A stretch of 64,000 bases of DNA from Nitrospirales bacterium (GTDB lineage: Bacteria > Nitrospirota > Nitrospiria > Nitrospirales > UBA8639), in assembly GCA_965203295.1 (NCBI GenBank), contig CBDBCZ010000017.1, positions 512,001-576,000 of the forward strand. Reading direction: 5' to 3'. Below are positions 1-11,750 of the stretch, piece after piece. The notes beneath the pieces were generated by a model that was not told the DNA's origin, searched no databases, and saw only the letters and a program-made list of their open reading frames with translations. Both the position numbers and the translations under genes were made by a program. Positions within the stretch are counted from its first letter, which is position 1. Each line of letters begins with the position of its first letter.

Positions 1-62
1 CCCAGATTAATAATATAAAACTCTGTAGAGGTCTATGTAGCTATAGGCATTCCAATATTATT

Positions 63-275
63 CGAGGTGTCTACCGTATCCCATGCGCTGACTGTAACAT
101 AACGTATGTCGGCCAGACGGCACGTATGCTACACACAAGGAAGGAGAACCTTCAGGCACTGACGAATGCAGAGCCCCATTTGTCTGCCCTGGCTGAGAAT
201 GCATTGGAGGAACACCACAGCATTGCATGGAGTGGTGTGAAGATCTTGAACTCTAACCCCAAACTCCGTCAACAG
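63..275 (+). pseudogene. Penelope-like retroelement GIY-YIG endonuclease fragment
   Basis: Manual translation from 63: RGVYRIPCADCNITYVGQTARMLHTRKENLQALTNAEPHLSALAENALEEHHSIAWSGVKIL. It has the GVY..C..C..YVGQT and SALAE..H motifs of PLE endonucleases. Truncated at both ends. Confidence 0.8.
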
Positions 276-1233
276 GATGTCCGGGGAGGCATTACGCTCT
301 AGTGCGCAATGTCCCCCCCCCCCCGTATACGTCCCCGCCTCACACATAAATGGCATATGTTTTTTTTAACTCTTCGTTCAGGCCATTAGTACCCGACCTA
401 AACTAAAACATCAATCGTGTTCCTGGATCCCCGACCCCCTGCAAGTAATTCTTAAATTCTATTTCCTTACAAAAACAGTAACATGTGAAAGAGCATATTC
501 GTACCTGTCTCCAAACTTCAGGCTTGACTGGAATAGGATGGAGAGGTGCTGCTTCTTTTACGAACTTTGCATCATTAGTCCGCTGGCAAACTTCACACGT
601 CCTGACATATTCATGGACATCCTTCCACAGTAACTTCCAGTAGAAGCGTTCTGCAATTTTGTGGTAGGTCTTATCTCTACCCAGATGACCACCTGTATGT
701 ACGAAATTATAGGAAGAATACATGAAGTAATTTGCAACAGCCTGTAGCCCCAGCTCTATATATTATACTTATGCCACTAGTTTATTACCTTCAGGTAGTG
801 CGTGGCAAGCCTCCAATATTCGATCCCTGTCTTGTACAGAGCGAGGAACTTGCTTCCACTCGCGCGGACCACTGGCTTTACTAGTAGTAGTAGAGTAGAA
901 AAGAATGCCGTTCTCCGCCTTGTAGTTAGTGCTGGCCTTTCGACGAAGAGCTCGCTTCTGGCTTTTAGAAAAGCCGGTTGGATATTCGTTCCACTGGAGA
1001 TAGTTAAACAGGGCCTCGTATTCATCATCATCCGCCATACTTCTCTCACTGACACTGAACTGACCCAACGTTTCACACGTTTATGCGTGAGGCGGAGACG
1101 TATACGGGGGGGGGGACATCGTGCACTACGGGGGACATTGCGCACTAGAGCGCAATGCCCCCCCGGACATCCTGCACTAGGGCAGAATGTCCGGGGGGGC
1201 ATTCTGCACGGGGGGACATCCTGCCCTCCGACA
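273..1233 (-). mobile_element. Internally deleted Ginger-type (Gypsy-integrase) DNA transposon
   Basis: Inverted repeats 273-350 and 1080-1173. The right terminus ...CTCCGACA is followed by CCGG (TGT..ACA ends and a CCGG target are Ginger1 hallmarks). The left tip is missing. Encloses spliced integrase N-terminal exons. Confidence 0.75.
505..1038 (-). pseudogene. GIN/Ginger integrase N-terminus (H2C2 zinc finger), two exons 1038-789 and 692-505; DDE core absent
   Basis: MADDDEYEALFNYL..YP..SKSQKRALRRKA..ILEACH..GGHLGRDKT..FYW..CEVCQR..PLHPIPV; GT-AG intron joins in frame. Confidence 0.85.
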
Positions 1234-1237
1234 CCGG

Positions 1238-2552
1238 GATTTCCACAAGTTATGTGGATAGAAATCCAGCTACTAGAGAGAAGCGGAGCAAGCGCGCCAA
1301 CATTGCTCGTCGAAAAAGGCAAGCAAATGACGTCAATGATGCGCAAGGCCCTCCTGATTGCAATTCCGATTTCAAGAAACCGAAAACTAGAAAGCGAAAG
1401 GTGCCTGAAGCTAGTCAGTCAGATCAGAAGCAAAAGCAGAGGAAGGGAACGGCACCTGAGAGCAGCCAGTCTCTTAGGAAAAAGGTTTATTTCCCTCTTT
1501 GATACTTACGTAGGAGGTACACTTTGAATTTACAGATGCTTCTCATTTAGCCGAAGCTGACTACTGTATCTGATTCAGACGGTGAAGACTGCCTGGAATT
1601 GCCAATGCAGGTATGTGGTACATGTAATTCAAGGGCATGCACACGTACATGTTACATGCAGGATAGTTCAATTAGCAAATTGTTTACATCATCTCTTCTC
1701 TTCTCTAGACAACCCCATCCAAACACCTAAGATCTGATCCTGTTGTTGACTTGTCATCCACTCCTCCATCAGCAGACCTAGTTATCGACCTGACGTCCAT
1801 CTCGTCCTCCATGGATACCTGAGTTTGAACTTTTTCTCGACGACAAAGAACACATTCTCTCCGGCTCACGGCTACTACAGCAGCATATCACCGCTGCACA
1901 GGCTCTTTTGAAACAGAAGTTTTCACAGCAGAATGGACTTCAGAACACAGCAGAGGTGGCTGATTTGCACTACAGCTGCAGTGCTGATAACTTCGTGCAG
2001 ATTGTTAACCTGAGCAATACTCACTGGGTGTGTGTGAGCAACCTCAACTGCAAACCTGACGAGGTAGACGTCTACGACAGTCTATACGCAACTCCATGCT
2101 ACACCCTGAAAGAGCAAGTAGCTGCCATTCTTCGCTCACCAGCAGAGAGAATAACTTTACGCATGGTGAACATGCAGCGTCAGAATGGGGGTGCCGACTG
2201 TGGCCTGTTCGCTGTTTCCACAGCTGTGAGTTTGTGTCATGGGAACGATCCAGCTGCTCACGTTAAAGAACAATCGCAAATGCGAGAGCACTTCATCTGC
2301 TGCTTGGAAAACCGTGATATGGTCGTCTTTCCAGACTCCGACAAGCCAGTCCGTACAAAGCGACGTATCAAGTCAGAGTGTGCAGTGTCTGTGCATTGCA
2401 AGTGTCGTCTTCCGTGGAAAAAGACATCCAAGTCTCGAAGTATGGCCGAGTGCAGCAAATGCAAGCGTTGGTATCACCAGGACTGTGAGAACGTACCACC
2501 CGCTGTGTTCTCCGATAGTGGCGCAAAGTGGCTTTGTAACTATTGTTTGTAG
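1238..2552 (+). pseudogene. Ulp1/C48-like cysteine protease plus PHD finger, transposon-associated, 5'-truncated and frameshifted near 1805
   Basis: ORF 1908-2552 has HWVCV, VYDSL and QRQNGGADCGLFA (H-D-Q-C catalytic set) and a C-terminal CKC..CSKCKRWYHQDC..WLCNYC PHD. Upstream putative exons 1551-1610 and 1709- need a frameshift to join. Confidence 0.8.
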
Positions 2553-2690
2553 CTATTTTACAATGTATGCATAAAATCACACTTGCTGAGTTAATGTTGC
2601 ATTTACAACCATCGTGATTTGGTGTACATCACAAAGTTTATCATATTTTTATCACAAAGTTTATCATTTCATTAGCTGGGAAAATACACA

Positions 2691-2972
2691 TGGGGACACA
2701 GAGTGGGGGGCCACTGTACACCCCCTGCCATAAGTAGGGGACGCGGAGTGGGGGGTCACTGTTTATCCCCTCCCCCTGCCATAAGTAGGGGACGCGGAGT
2801 GGGGGGGCCACTGCGCATTCCCTACAGTACTAGTAGGGGAAGCGGAGTGGGGGGGCCACTGCGCATCCTCTACAGTACTAGTAGGGAAAGCGGAGTGGGG
2901 GGCCACTCCGCGCTCCCTTCTGTATACGAAGGGGAAGCGGAGTGTGGGGGGGGCACTCCGCGTCCCCTACTA
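2691..2972. repeat. GC-rich ~37-bp repeats (AGTAGGGGA[A/C]GCGGAGTGGGGGGCCACT), probable subterminal array of the Ulp1-PHD element
   Basis: About 6-7 direct copies with partial self-complementarity at the 3' end. Confidence 0.7.
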
Positions 2973-3099
2973 TTAGCAGGGATAAATTACAAAATAATGC
3001 AAAATTCTACCCACCCGCGAGGATTCTTGCGGTAAGCTCGAGTATTAAGTCATAGATAGGGTGGAATATAGTATCTATGATTAAGTACGTGCTGTTAAC

Positions 3100-3233
3100 T
3101 ATGAATGCTAATAAGATCTGCTAGACCTTTGCGTGGAGGAGCTATATAGGGTCTAGCCGAGGTCTAGGTGATAGACTAGCCGTACTAGGGCCAGACACGT
3201 CGACACTCGGGTAGCGCTCACTCAGGCTGAAAG
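3100..3233 (+). promoter_or_regulatory. Probable promoter / non-coding first exon of sulfotransferase paralog 1 (duplicated at 32478-32581)
   Basis: CGTCGACACTCGGG..CTCACTCAGGCTGA[A/C]AG|GT[A/C]TGTAATCTGCG occurs upstream of both paralogs 1 and 2 and ends in a splice donor. Confidence 0.5.
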
Positions 3234-4531
3234 GTATGTAATCTGCGTTAAATGTTTAATTCATTTCCTTTTTGTATGTAGTTATCTATGAGTGGTTGCA
3301 TGTGTGTTTTAATATAAGAGCTTTGTGACCGGTTATGACAACTTTGCCATTAGCGACAAGGCATGCATGCATGTGCACGTAGTACTGCATTGGTGAAACG
3401 TACTAGTAGGCACTCTGTACGCATTATGATCAGTGATACACTGATATTGCAGACTTTACATTGAATAGTTACAGGTGGTCATGCCTGGGAGCTAAATATT
3501 ATGTGTGAGTTGTGATGGACTAGACCATATTATCTATGACTAGACTCTTTGATTTATTGAGTTTGTTATTAAATAGGCGGAATGTACGCCCCTTAGATGT
3601 GTGCGTGTTAATCCAGTGTTAGGTATTTTGTTTGTCTCTGTTTTAGTTGGTGTGATTTCCGTTGCCAGGTCCTTCAGTATTTAAGTGTTGGTTATTGTAC
3701 AGTGTTTGTCTTTATTCTGGTATCTGGTTCTGGTGTTGAAAAGTAGAGAGCTCTGGTCCACTACATGTGCAGTGTATAGTTGTCTGTATAGTTGTTTTGA
3801 CCACATATAATTAGCGAATACCTGTGTTGCAGATGGCTGAGTAGGAGTACGTATGTAGGTAGGAGTTAGACCTCAACATAGATGAAAGACTCACATGATA
3901 CATATCAAATTTCATAGTCACACATCATCACGTGTGGTCTACATGCCCAGACAATAATTAATTGTTATTTAATTCAATTAAATTAGTCATGCATATATCG
4001 CAGTTGTTGGGCAAACAATGTAATTGATCTGCTTGTATCCACACTTTCTGGTAGTGAACTTGCAACTGAGATAAATGTAATCCATTTTGTTTTTGCAGTG
4101 TATGCTACACAACAATAGCCATGTACTAGTCAACAGGTTTGCATGTCTGTTCTGTAGCAACCTCAATACCTATAATACAATTTCACAGTTGTACCAGCAG
4201 AACAGGACAATGATGCCTATACTGACTTAGCGCTTTACTTGAATCACAGCACTTCTTGTCAATGAGTGTAGTAATAAAGATAAGCTTAGCAGCTAGCTAT
4301 AACAAGAGTACCGTAGGACCGGTTTTAATTGCGTGGCAAAATTATTGGGTTTTCGCGTATTGAACGCAAATTGCTAAAATTAATGTGTTTCGCAATGCTA
4401 TTGCTATTTTAGGCACACCCACTCCATAGGCTTCTATGACAGTAAGTTAAAAATTAAAATTAGCTTTTGATTAGAATGTCACAGTTACTATTATTGTAGC
4501 TAGCTAACTTGCAACTCTCATGCAGGTGCTG

Positions 4532-7500
4532 ATGAAACTACAAGGCTTCACGGCTATCTTATCAGCTGTGCTGATATTAATTTTCCTTGGCTTCACCTGG
4601 ATACCATTACATAGTTCAATTCCTAGAGGACCAATTCCAACTCAGGACAGATTTCATCCATCATACAAAGCAGGTACGATTTTAATTGTACTGTGATGGA
4701 AATTTTCCATAATATGGCAAAGCTCATATTATTATAGAGCTCTACTGACAGTGGCCTCAATATGGGAAGTCAATGTCAACTCATGATTGTCTTTGCTCAG
4801 TATTGATTTTGCATGGTAAGGTACTTATTACTATACCTGTGACAGCTATTATATATAGCATCTGTATGAGCTAGTATAGAGACAAAAACTAGCAACCAAT
4901 TTTAGTTGTGGGCTCTTCATAGATGCTGCTTTTGTTTTTTCTTTCAACCACACAGCTAAAATAGAATTGTCATATAACTGACTAGTGGGGAGTTTCAGCA
5001 CACCACAAGCATGGATACAGATTGATTTTTTGGGGGTCGCTGAGAATGTGACAGCATTTACCAATACAGAGTCTGAGACAATTAAAGTGCATCGCTTGAT
5101 TTACGTAGAGGAGGTGGAGGAAGACTCAGAGGAACGTAATGTTGCTACAGTTATGCATGCATGTTGAAACTCAAACCACAACCTACATGTACTAGTAAAT
5201 ATGGCAATTCTATTTGAACAGTGCATGGCCGGGAAGTGTATACGTATCACCTCGGTGCAATGATACATCAGTGAATACATGTACTTTATTGGACATGGTT
5301 CATATATAATGCATAATTTTGATGAAGAGTATATCCTCTTGGTATTTAGCCACATGGTTAATATTGCTATTATTGTTTTGTACACAAACACACATGAATA
5401 AACACATCCTTCCTTAATTAGCTCTCCCATCAGAAAACACACTAAATTCATCCAATGGAAGCACACTGACCGTGAGTCAGACACTGGCCAACAACTCTAC
5501 CACTACTCACAGCTTCAGAAATGATTTCAATATTCCTTTCATGGGAAACTACAACTGTAGTGATGACATTTGTTCTCAGTTTCTGAAATCTCCTGGAAAA
5601 TACATTTGTGACGCCAAGCACCCTTTGAATATCGAAAAGCTTCAACAGAGCAGTGGAAGCTGCCATTTCATGAATGGGTCTTATCGAGCGCCAGTTGGAT
5701 TGATCAGCTTACCTGGCAGTGGCAACACATGGGTGAGAGGCCTACTGGAGCAAGCAACTGGCATATGTACAGGTGAGGCAGGGATGTGGGAAGAGTAATT
5801 ATTACAAACCTGACATCCATATTATGATAACTAAAGGGCCGAGAACCAGAGTATAGTTTAACCCACAAATTTAATCTTACCTTTCTCAAACTTGAGAACA
5901 TTCTTAATGTGTTTCAGAAGCTACCTAAATTTTCAGATTTTACCATTTTTGGTCGTGCTCAGAAGGTATTATAATGTTGGGTTGGCCCACTCCGAGGTTC
6001 TCGGCCCTTCATATTATCCATTATTTAGCTGAGTCATCTGCACTTGCCCCAAATATGTTTTGGCAATGCATGCTGAAGCCTTTTGGGTGTGCAATTGCAA
6101 TACCTCGGCTTCACATCAGCTTTATTGCTATCGTATATTTTCGAGAAACCTGCTGAATGACACCATTGGTGTGGCTTTCCTTACTTAGTCTATTATATAA
6201 ACAGGATTCCAGGTATTAAAGAAGTTATAGGTATATGTAGAAAGCCTACTTGAGATGCACACCAAGTGTATAATCAAATTCCTCTACAACACAATTGTTG
6301 GTACACAAGAGTTTGAGCCAGGGGACAAACATTTTGAGCCAAAGTACATGTCTGGTAAATCATAAATTGATTCCCAAAACTTAGGCTTTACGTACGTACT
6401 AACATCATACATTATGAACACATGACCAAAAAATTCGCAAACTGAAGTTATTGTAGCCACACATTTTAAGAGTATTCTCAAGTTTGGGAGCTTAGAGGTA
6501 AAGTCAATTATATCACTTTGGTTCTTGGCTCTTCAGAAAGGCTGTGAACCAGAGTGGTCTAACCCACGAATATACTCCTCCCAAACTTGAAAATACACTG
6601 AAAATTATATTTTGTTTCAGGAGCTGCTCAAATTGTAACAGCTTGTTCTTGAGAATACCATGCAGCCACGTGGTATACGGGTCACCGAGGTTGCAGGGTT
6701 AGCTTCCAGAGATTGTCAATTAACTTAACCCCCTCATCAGTTTTCTCCAAAAATGACCCCTTCCCCCAGGACCTGTATAGAGTGCTATATAGGTCTCTAT
6801 ACTCCATACTCATGAATGTGACAAACTTTTGCTATTTCACTAGGCGCTGTATATTGTGATGGGGCACTGAAGCAGAGCGGTTTCACTGGAGAGGGGTTTC
6901 ATAGTGGAGTAGTGCTTGCTGTGAAGGACCATGGGGCACGTTTTGGGTGGAAGAACGAACTACACCAAGGAGGGGTAAGTACATCAGAGTACATGCGACC
7001 GTAACAATGGTATAAGTTAGAATACAACTTAATTCACATGCCTATACGTATAACTTCAGGAAGAACAGCTTGCACAAGTGGTGTACTTACCCAAGCTTTA
7101 AGAGAACTTCATGATTCCACTGCATGTGCAAAGTGTTTTAGCCCTGCACAATGGCATGCATGATCAGGGTCTGAGGCCAACATATATTATTTCTCTGCCC
7201 ACTGTCAGACCGGCCCACCATGGGGTGCTGTCATTCTCATAATTAGAAACCCTCTGGATGCAATGGTAGCAGAATGGAATAGAGAAAAGGGTCACAGTCA
7301 TGTTGCCGCCGTTGGCACTAATTATTTTGGTAAGCCATCTTGTACATGTCCACTTTGTATTTCATGCATTATTAATTTTTCTTATATACCTAGCTTGTAC
7401 ACCTATCAATCCTTCTGTTAACATACATGATGCTGAAGCAATGCCCCAAGGCCACCCTCAATGCTAATGATGGCTACCATCAACAATCTCATTATTTATT

Positions 7501-8639
7501 TTGTAGTTGATATAAATATTCATTATAGCCAGTTTGAACAGAAGACCAAAACTGACACGAGAGGTACATGTAAAAGTGGCTGTTTAGTACATGTTTTCTG
7601 ATATAACCATTGCAAAAGTACCTCGGGATGCCATTATTTGTCAAACTTGTAGAAAGCCTGCATTCCACATTGCCTGTATTGCACACTGCAAAAACAAAAG
7701 GGTTGGTTTCACCATAAATAGTAGAGTAGAAGTCCTTCTACTCTACTATCTATGGTTTCACCCAGCTAAGGTTACTCAGTTGCAAGTTCACTAGCAAAAA
7801 ATGCGCATACAGGCAGATCAATTAATACATTATTTGCCCAACATAAATTATGGTTCCTACAATTAAGGAAATAGGCACTGCAAAACTCGAAAGGCTGCTT
7901 TAAACCATCTAGGGATATCTCAGTTGCAGTGTACAATACAATGTAAACAAGTGGATCACTTTACCACCCTATTTCTCCAATTTCAGAAGGACAATTAGTA
8001 ACGCATATTTGTACCAACTCATTCCTGTCCCCACCAAAGAATGCTGATCTAGCTTGGCTTCAAGTAATTAAATTGCACTACATGTAACTGCACATTCTCT
8101 GTTACTGGGGTTGCAACTGAGGTAGCCTTATGCCAACCACTTTTAAATTATTTTTGCAGTGCGCATAATTCCATTCATCCATGCAAACATTTTCAAGATA
8201 ATACGTAGCTACAACACATTACCCCTTATATATCATACAGTAAAAGCTTATATTTTTGTCCACTGCAGGAACTAACGAGGCCTGGGGAAGGTTTTTAAAG
8301 AACAGTATTAAGATGTGGAAGCAATATTTTGTTTCTTTGGTACAAAATGGGATTCAAGTGAACCGACCCTTTCTAATCACAAGATATGAAGACATCAAAT
8401 CCGACCCACTTTCCGAAGTAAAGAAGATGATGAACTTTTTAAAGGTTCCTATTTCTGATCAGCTTCTGAAAACTAGAATGTCAACAGGTTATGAGAAGTT
8501 TCACCGGTCACACCCACAAGAAATCAAGTATTACACTCCTGAGCAAAAACTGCAGGTGGTAGCAGTTGTGAAGGAAGTTATAGATATGCTACAGAAAGAG
8601 TACAACAACACTTTTGGAATCACAGATTACATATTATAA
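4532..8639 (+). CDS. WSCD-type membrane sulfotransferase paralog 1 (~371 aa); exons 4532-4673, 5422-5772, 6844-6974, 7209-7329, 8269-8639
   Basis: N-terminal TM anchor; 5'-PSB GLISLPGSGNTWVRGLLEQATG; VKDH; 3'-PB ILIIRNPLDAMVAE; RYED; all GT-AG, frame intact; no WSC domain seen. Confidence 0.85.
5833..6630. mobile_element. Intronic non-autonomous element(s) with GAAGGG..GAACCA-type ends
   Basis: AAGGGCCGAGAACCAGAG ... CTTTGGTTCTTGGCTCTT inverted ends; related sequence at 35101-35438 and 49220-49305; absent from the matching intron of paralog 2. Confidence 0.55.
7684..8161. mobile_element. CACTG-ended (EnSpm/CMC-type) MITE in intron 4 of paralog 1
   Basis: CACTGCAAAAA...TTTTTGCAGTG termini; empty site GCCTGTATTGCATAATT present in paralog 2 (38727-38743). 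Confidence 0.8.
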
Positions 8640-8717
8640 TTTTTTACTCAGCCAGCTTATCACAACAGTGTCACTCTTCACTGTAAATCTGAGTTAAAAT
8701 TGATACTATAGTCTGTA

Positions 8718-8985
8718 GCTAGCAATATGTGTACTGTACAACCAACATACTGAAAAGGGATACGTCCACCCCTCGTCTCTAAGGAGATGTGTGTGACCAT
8801 ACCTCACACTTCAGTTTATGAATGGGGGTTATAATAGGAACCTACTGTAGGAGTTGTAATCCTGTAGCTTGTTCCTTTAGAAAATTAGCCCTGATTTTGC
8901 TAGCAATATGTACTGTACAACCAACATACTGAAAAGGGATACGCCTACTCCTCATCTCTAAGGAGACGTGTGCGACCATACCTAG
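8718..8985. repeat. Local direct duplication (~85 bp, 8718-8803 / 8899-8983)
   Basis: GCTAGCAATATGT..ACTGTACAACCAACATACTGAAAAGGGATACG..CTAAGGAGA..GACCATACCT occurs twice. Confidence 0.8.
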
Positions 8986-9401
8986 TGCATGTACAGCATT
9001 TGGGCTTGGCTAAAGAGTATAGACCTTCACTTTTCAGTTGTTTAATTAACCTACTGACCTACATATACGACGGGAAAGCCCCTTTTACATTATATCACGT
9101 GAGAATCACGTTGTAATATAGGTTCCGCCCCCTTGCTAGGTAAAGGGGGAGGAGCCAAGGTCTGGGCACGCAACGTTTTTCGTGGAAAGCTAGGGATGCT
9201 TTATGACTGGAGAGTATGAACCGTTAACAAGCTATAGTTTGGCCCACAAGGCTATAGTCTCGTGCCCAGACCTTGATTCCTATACATACAAGGCAATGCA
9301 GGACTCACATACTAGTCTCATGCTGCCTACGACAGCCTTTTGAGCAGCTGAGCCTGTCCCGTGGAGGCCCCGTTTCATAGGTTGACCAATACATGGCATA
9401 A

Positions 9402-10039
9402 ATATAGGTTAGACATCGAGTCCATGGGATCTACGCGATTTAGAAACCCGAGGGCCCGAGGCTGTAGCGTCCCGAGCGAAGCGAGGGCGCTACTAAGGGC
9501 CCGAGGGTTTCTAAATCGCGTAGATCCCATTGGACGAGATATCTAACCAATTTAGAGTATAGCAACAGTAACTACGCTAGCACTTCAGGTAGCACAATGG
9601 ACCTCTTGAGTGACGAGCTGCTAGAGTGGATACGGGATGCGTCGGACGATGAGCCGGCCAGGCTGGTAAGTGGCGGTGATAAATATTATCGTTCGGTATC
9701 GAGAGTCTGCTGCCGCTTGCGACTTTCATCTCGCTTGAATCTGACATCAAATCGAAGCTTGAAAGCGCTTCTCTTCATTTCTGCAGCGAGTTTAGTCGGC
9801 TCTACAACGCTGCTAAAACGGTACGTACTGCCTAGCCTCGTACCCAGGCGCATTTACGAGGCTACGTACTGCCACGCTTGCAACGTAATTACATTTTTGC
9901 TGCTATTATGACGTAATTTTAATTTGTGTTCCGGATATCCTGGGGGTATCTATAGAGTCCACGGTAGGTGGACTCTATGAGATTTAGAGACCATGCAGTA
10001 ACCAATCAAATTGCGAGATTTTGCAACACTATACTCTAA
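9402..10039 (+). mobile_element. 638-bp non-autonomous foldback element, copy A (Crypton-like architecture, tentative)
   Basis: ~140-bp terminal hairpin 9407-9549, internal TTAGAGTATAG matched by terminal CTATACTCTAA; apparently identical inverted copy at 11968-12605; no TSD evident. Confidence 0.8.
9833..9864. mobile_element. 32-bp TAG..CTA mini-element with 9-bp TSD (AcademH-like)
   Basis: CGTACTGCC-TAGCCTCGTACCCAGGCGCATTTACGAGGCTA-CGTACTGCC. Confidence 0.8.
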
Positions 10040-10319
10040 TAGAAAATAGAATACGTATTCTATTATTTATGATGGCCTCTAGTCCCGCACTTGTTCTGAG
10101 TGGGCGTAGCTACGTTACACCTCACGCAGGATTTCGTTAACTATGCGAAGAGTTATGGGTGGGCGTGGCTGCATTCTGCGTCAAATTTACACCACACCGG
10201 CGTTACAACTCCTTCAAACTACCCTAGGAGTTATAAAAACTCCTGGGATTGCGCTAACTCCACTAATATTTTACTCCCCATAGCTAAAGTGCTCCTCATT
10301 TTTATCTGTGTAGTATCAT

Positions 10320-10410
10320 ATATCATATTATTATGTATTTTTACTCAGCCAGCTTCACACAGCAGTGTCACTTTTCACTGTAAATCTGAGTTGAACTTGA
10401 TTCTATAGCT
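10320..10410 (+). pseudogene. Orphan copy of the sulfotransferase stop/3'UTR region
   Basis: TTTTTACTCAGCCAGCTT..CAGTGTCACT.TTCACTGTAAATCTGAGTT matches 8640-8710 and 39225-39290. Confidence 0.75.
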
Positions 10411-10421
10411 ACACACATACA

Positions 10422-10462
10422 TAGCCTCGTACCCAGGCGCATTAACATCGGGTACGAGGCTA
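10422..10462. mobile_element. 41-bp TAG..CTA mini-element with 10-bp TSD (AcademH-like)
   Basis: CACACATACA-TAGCCTCGTACCC..GGGTACGAGGCTA-CACACATACA. Confidence 0.8.
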
Positions 10463-10669
10463 CACACATACAATACACAATAATGTATTACGTACATGTA
10501 AACAGCGATGTGAAGGATCTAGGCAGGAGGTATCCCGCAGCTCCTATCAAAGAGTTAATCGGATTGGTTCAAAGGGAGAATTTTAGTCATATGATACACA
10601 ATCTAAACAAGGATCCGATTGGACAGATCACGTGATCAGCCCCACCCTATACTAAAACGAACGCAATGC

Positions 10670-11750
10670 AGAGATAGGCATCACAAATATAGGAGTGGGC
10701 AACACAAATACAGAAATGGGCAACACAAGTAGAGAAATGGGCAACACGAATACAGAAATGGGCAACACAAGTAGAGAAATGGGCAACACAAGTAGAGAAA
10801 TGGGCAACACAAGTAGAGAAATGGGCAACACAAGTAGAGAAATGGGCAACACAAATAGAGAAATGGGCAACACGAATACAGAGATGGGCAACACCAATAC
10901 AGAGATGGGCAACACCAATACAGAGATGGGCAACACCAATACAGAGATGTGCAACACCAATACAGAGATGGGCAACACCAATACAACACCAATACAGAGA
11001 TGTGCAACACCAATACAGAGATAGGCAACACCAATACAACACCAATACAGAGATGTGCAATGCCAATACAGAGATAGGCAACACCAATACAACACCAATA
11101 CAGAGATGTGCAATGCCAATACAGAGATAGGCAACGCCAATACAACACCAATACAGAGATGTGCAATGCCAATACAGAGATAGGCAACACCAATACAGAA
11201 ATGTGCAACGCCAATACAGAGATAGGCAACGCCAATACAGAAATGTGCAACGCCAATACAGAGATAGGCAACGCCAATACAGAGATGTGCAACGCCAATA
11301 CAGAGATGGGCAACGCCAATACAGGGATGTGCAACACCAATACAGAGATGTGCAACGCCAATACAGAGATGGGCAACGCCAATACAGGGATGTGCAACAC
11401 CAATACAGAGATGTGCAACGCCAATACAGAGATGGGCAACGCCAATACAGAGATAGGCAACACCAATACAGAGATGGGCAACACCAATACAGAGATGGGC
11501 AACACCAATACAGAGATGGGCAACACCAATACAGAGATGGGCAACACCAATACAGAGATGGGCAACACCAATACAGAGATGGGCAACACCAATACAGAGA
11601 TGGGCAACACCAATACAGAGATGGGCAACACCAATACAGAGATGGGCAACACCAATACAGGGATGGGCAACACCAATACAGGGATGGGCAACACCAATAC
11701 AGAGATAGGCAACACCAATACAGAGATGGGCAACACCAATACAGAGAGGG
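10670..11750. repeat. 21-bp minisatellite (CAACACCAATACAGAGATGGG)n, about 50 units
   Basis: Direct inspection; variant units are arranged in blocks. Confidence 0.97.

Noticed and set aside
777..1527. 189-aa and 241-aa ORFs
   Set aside because: Run through GC-rich TIR sequence, either antisense to or out of frame with the integrase exon
9597..9911. 104-aa ORF (and its twin at 12096-12410)
   Set aside because: Lies within a non-autonomous repeat and is interrupted by a mini-MITE; at most a decayed N-terminal remnant
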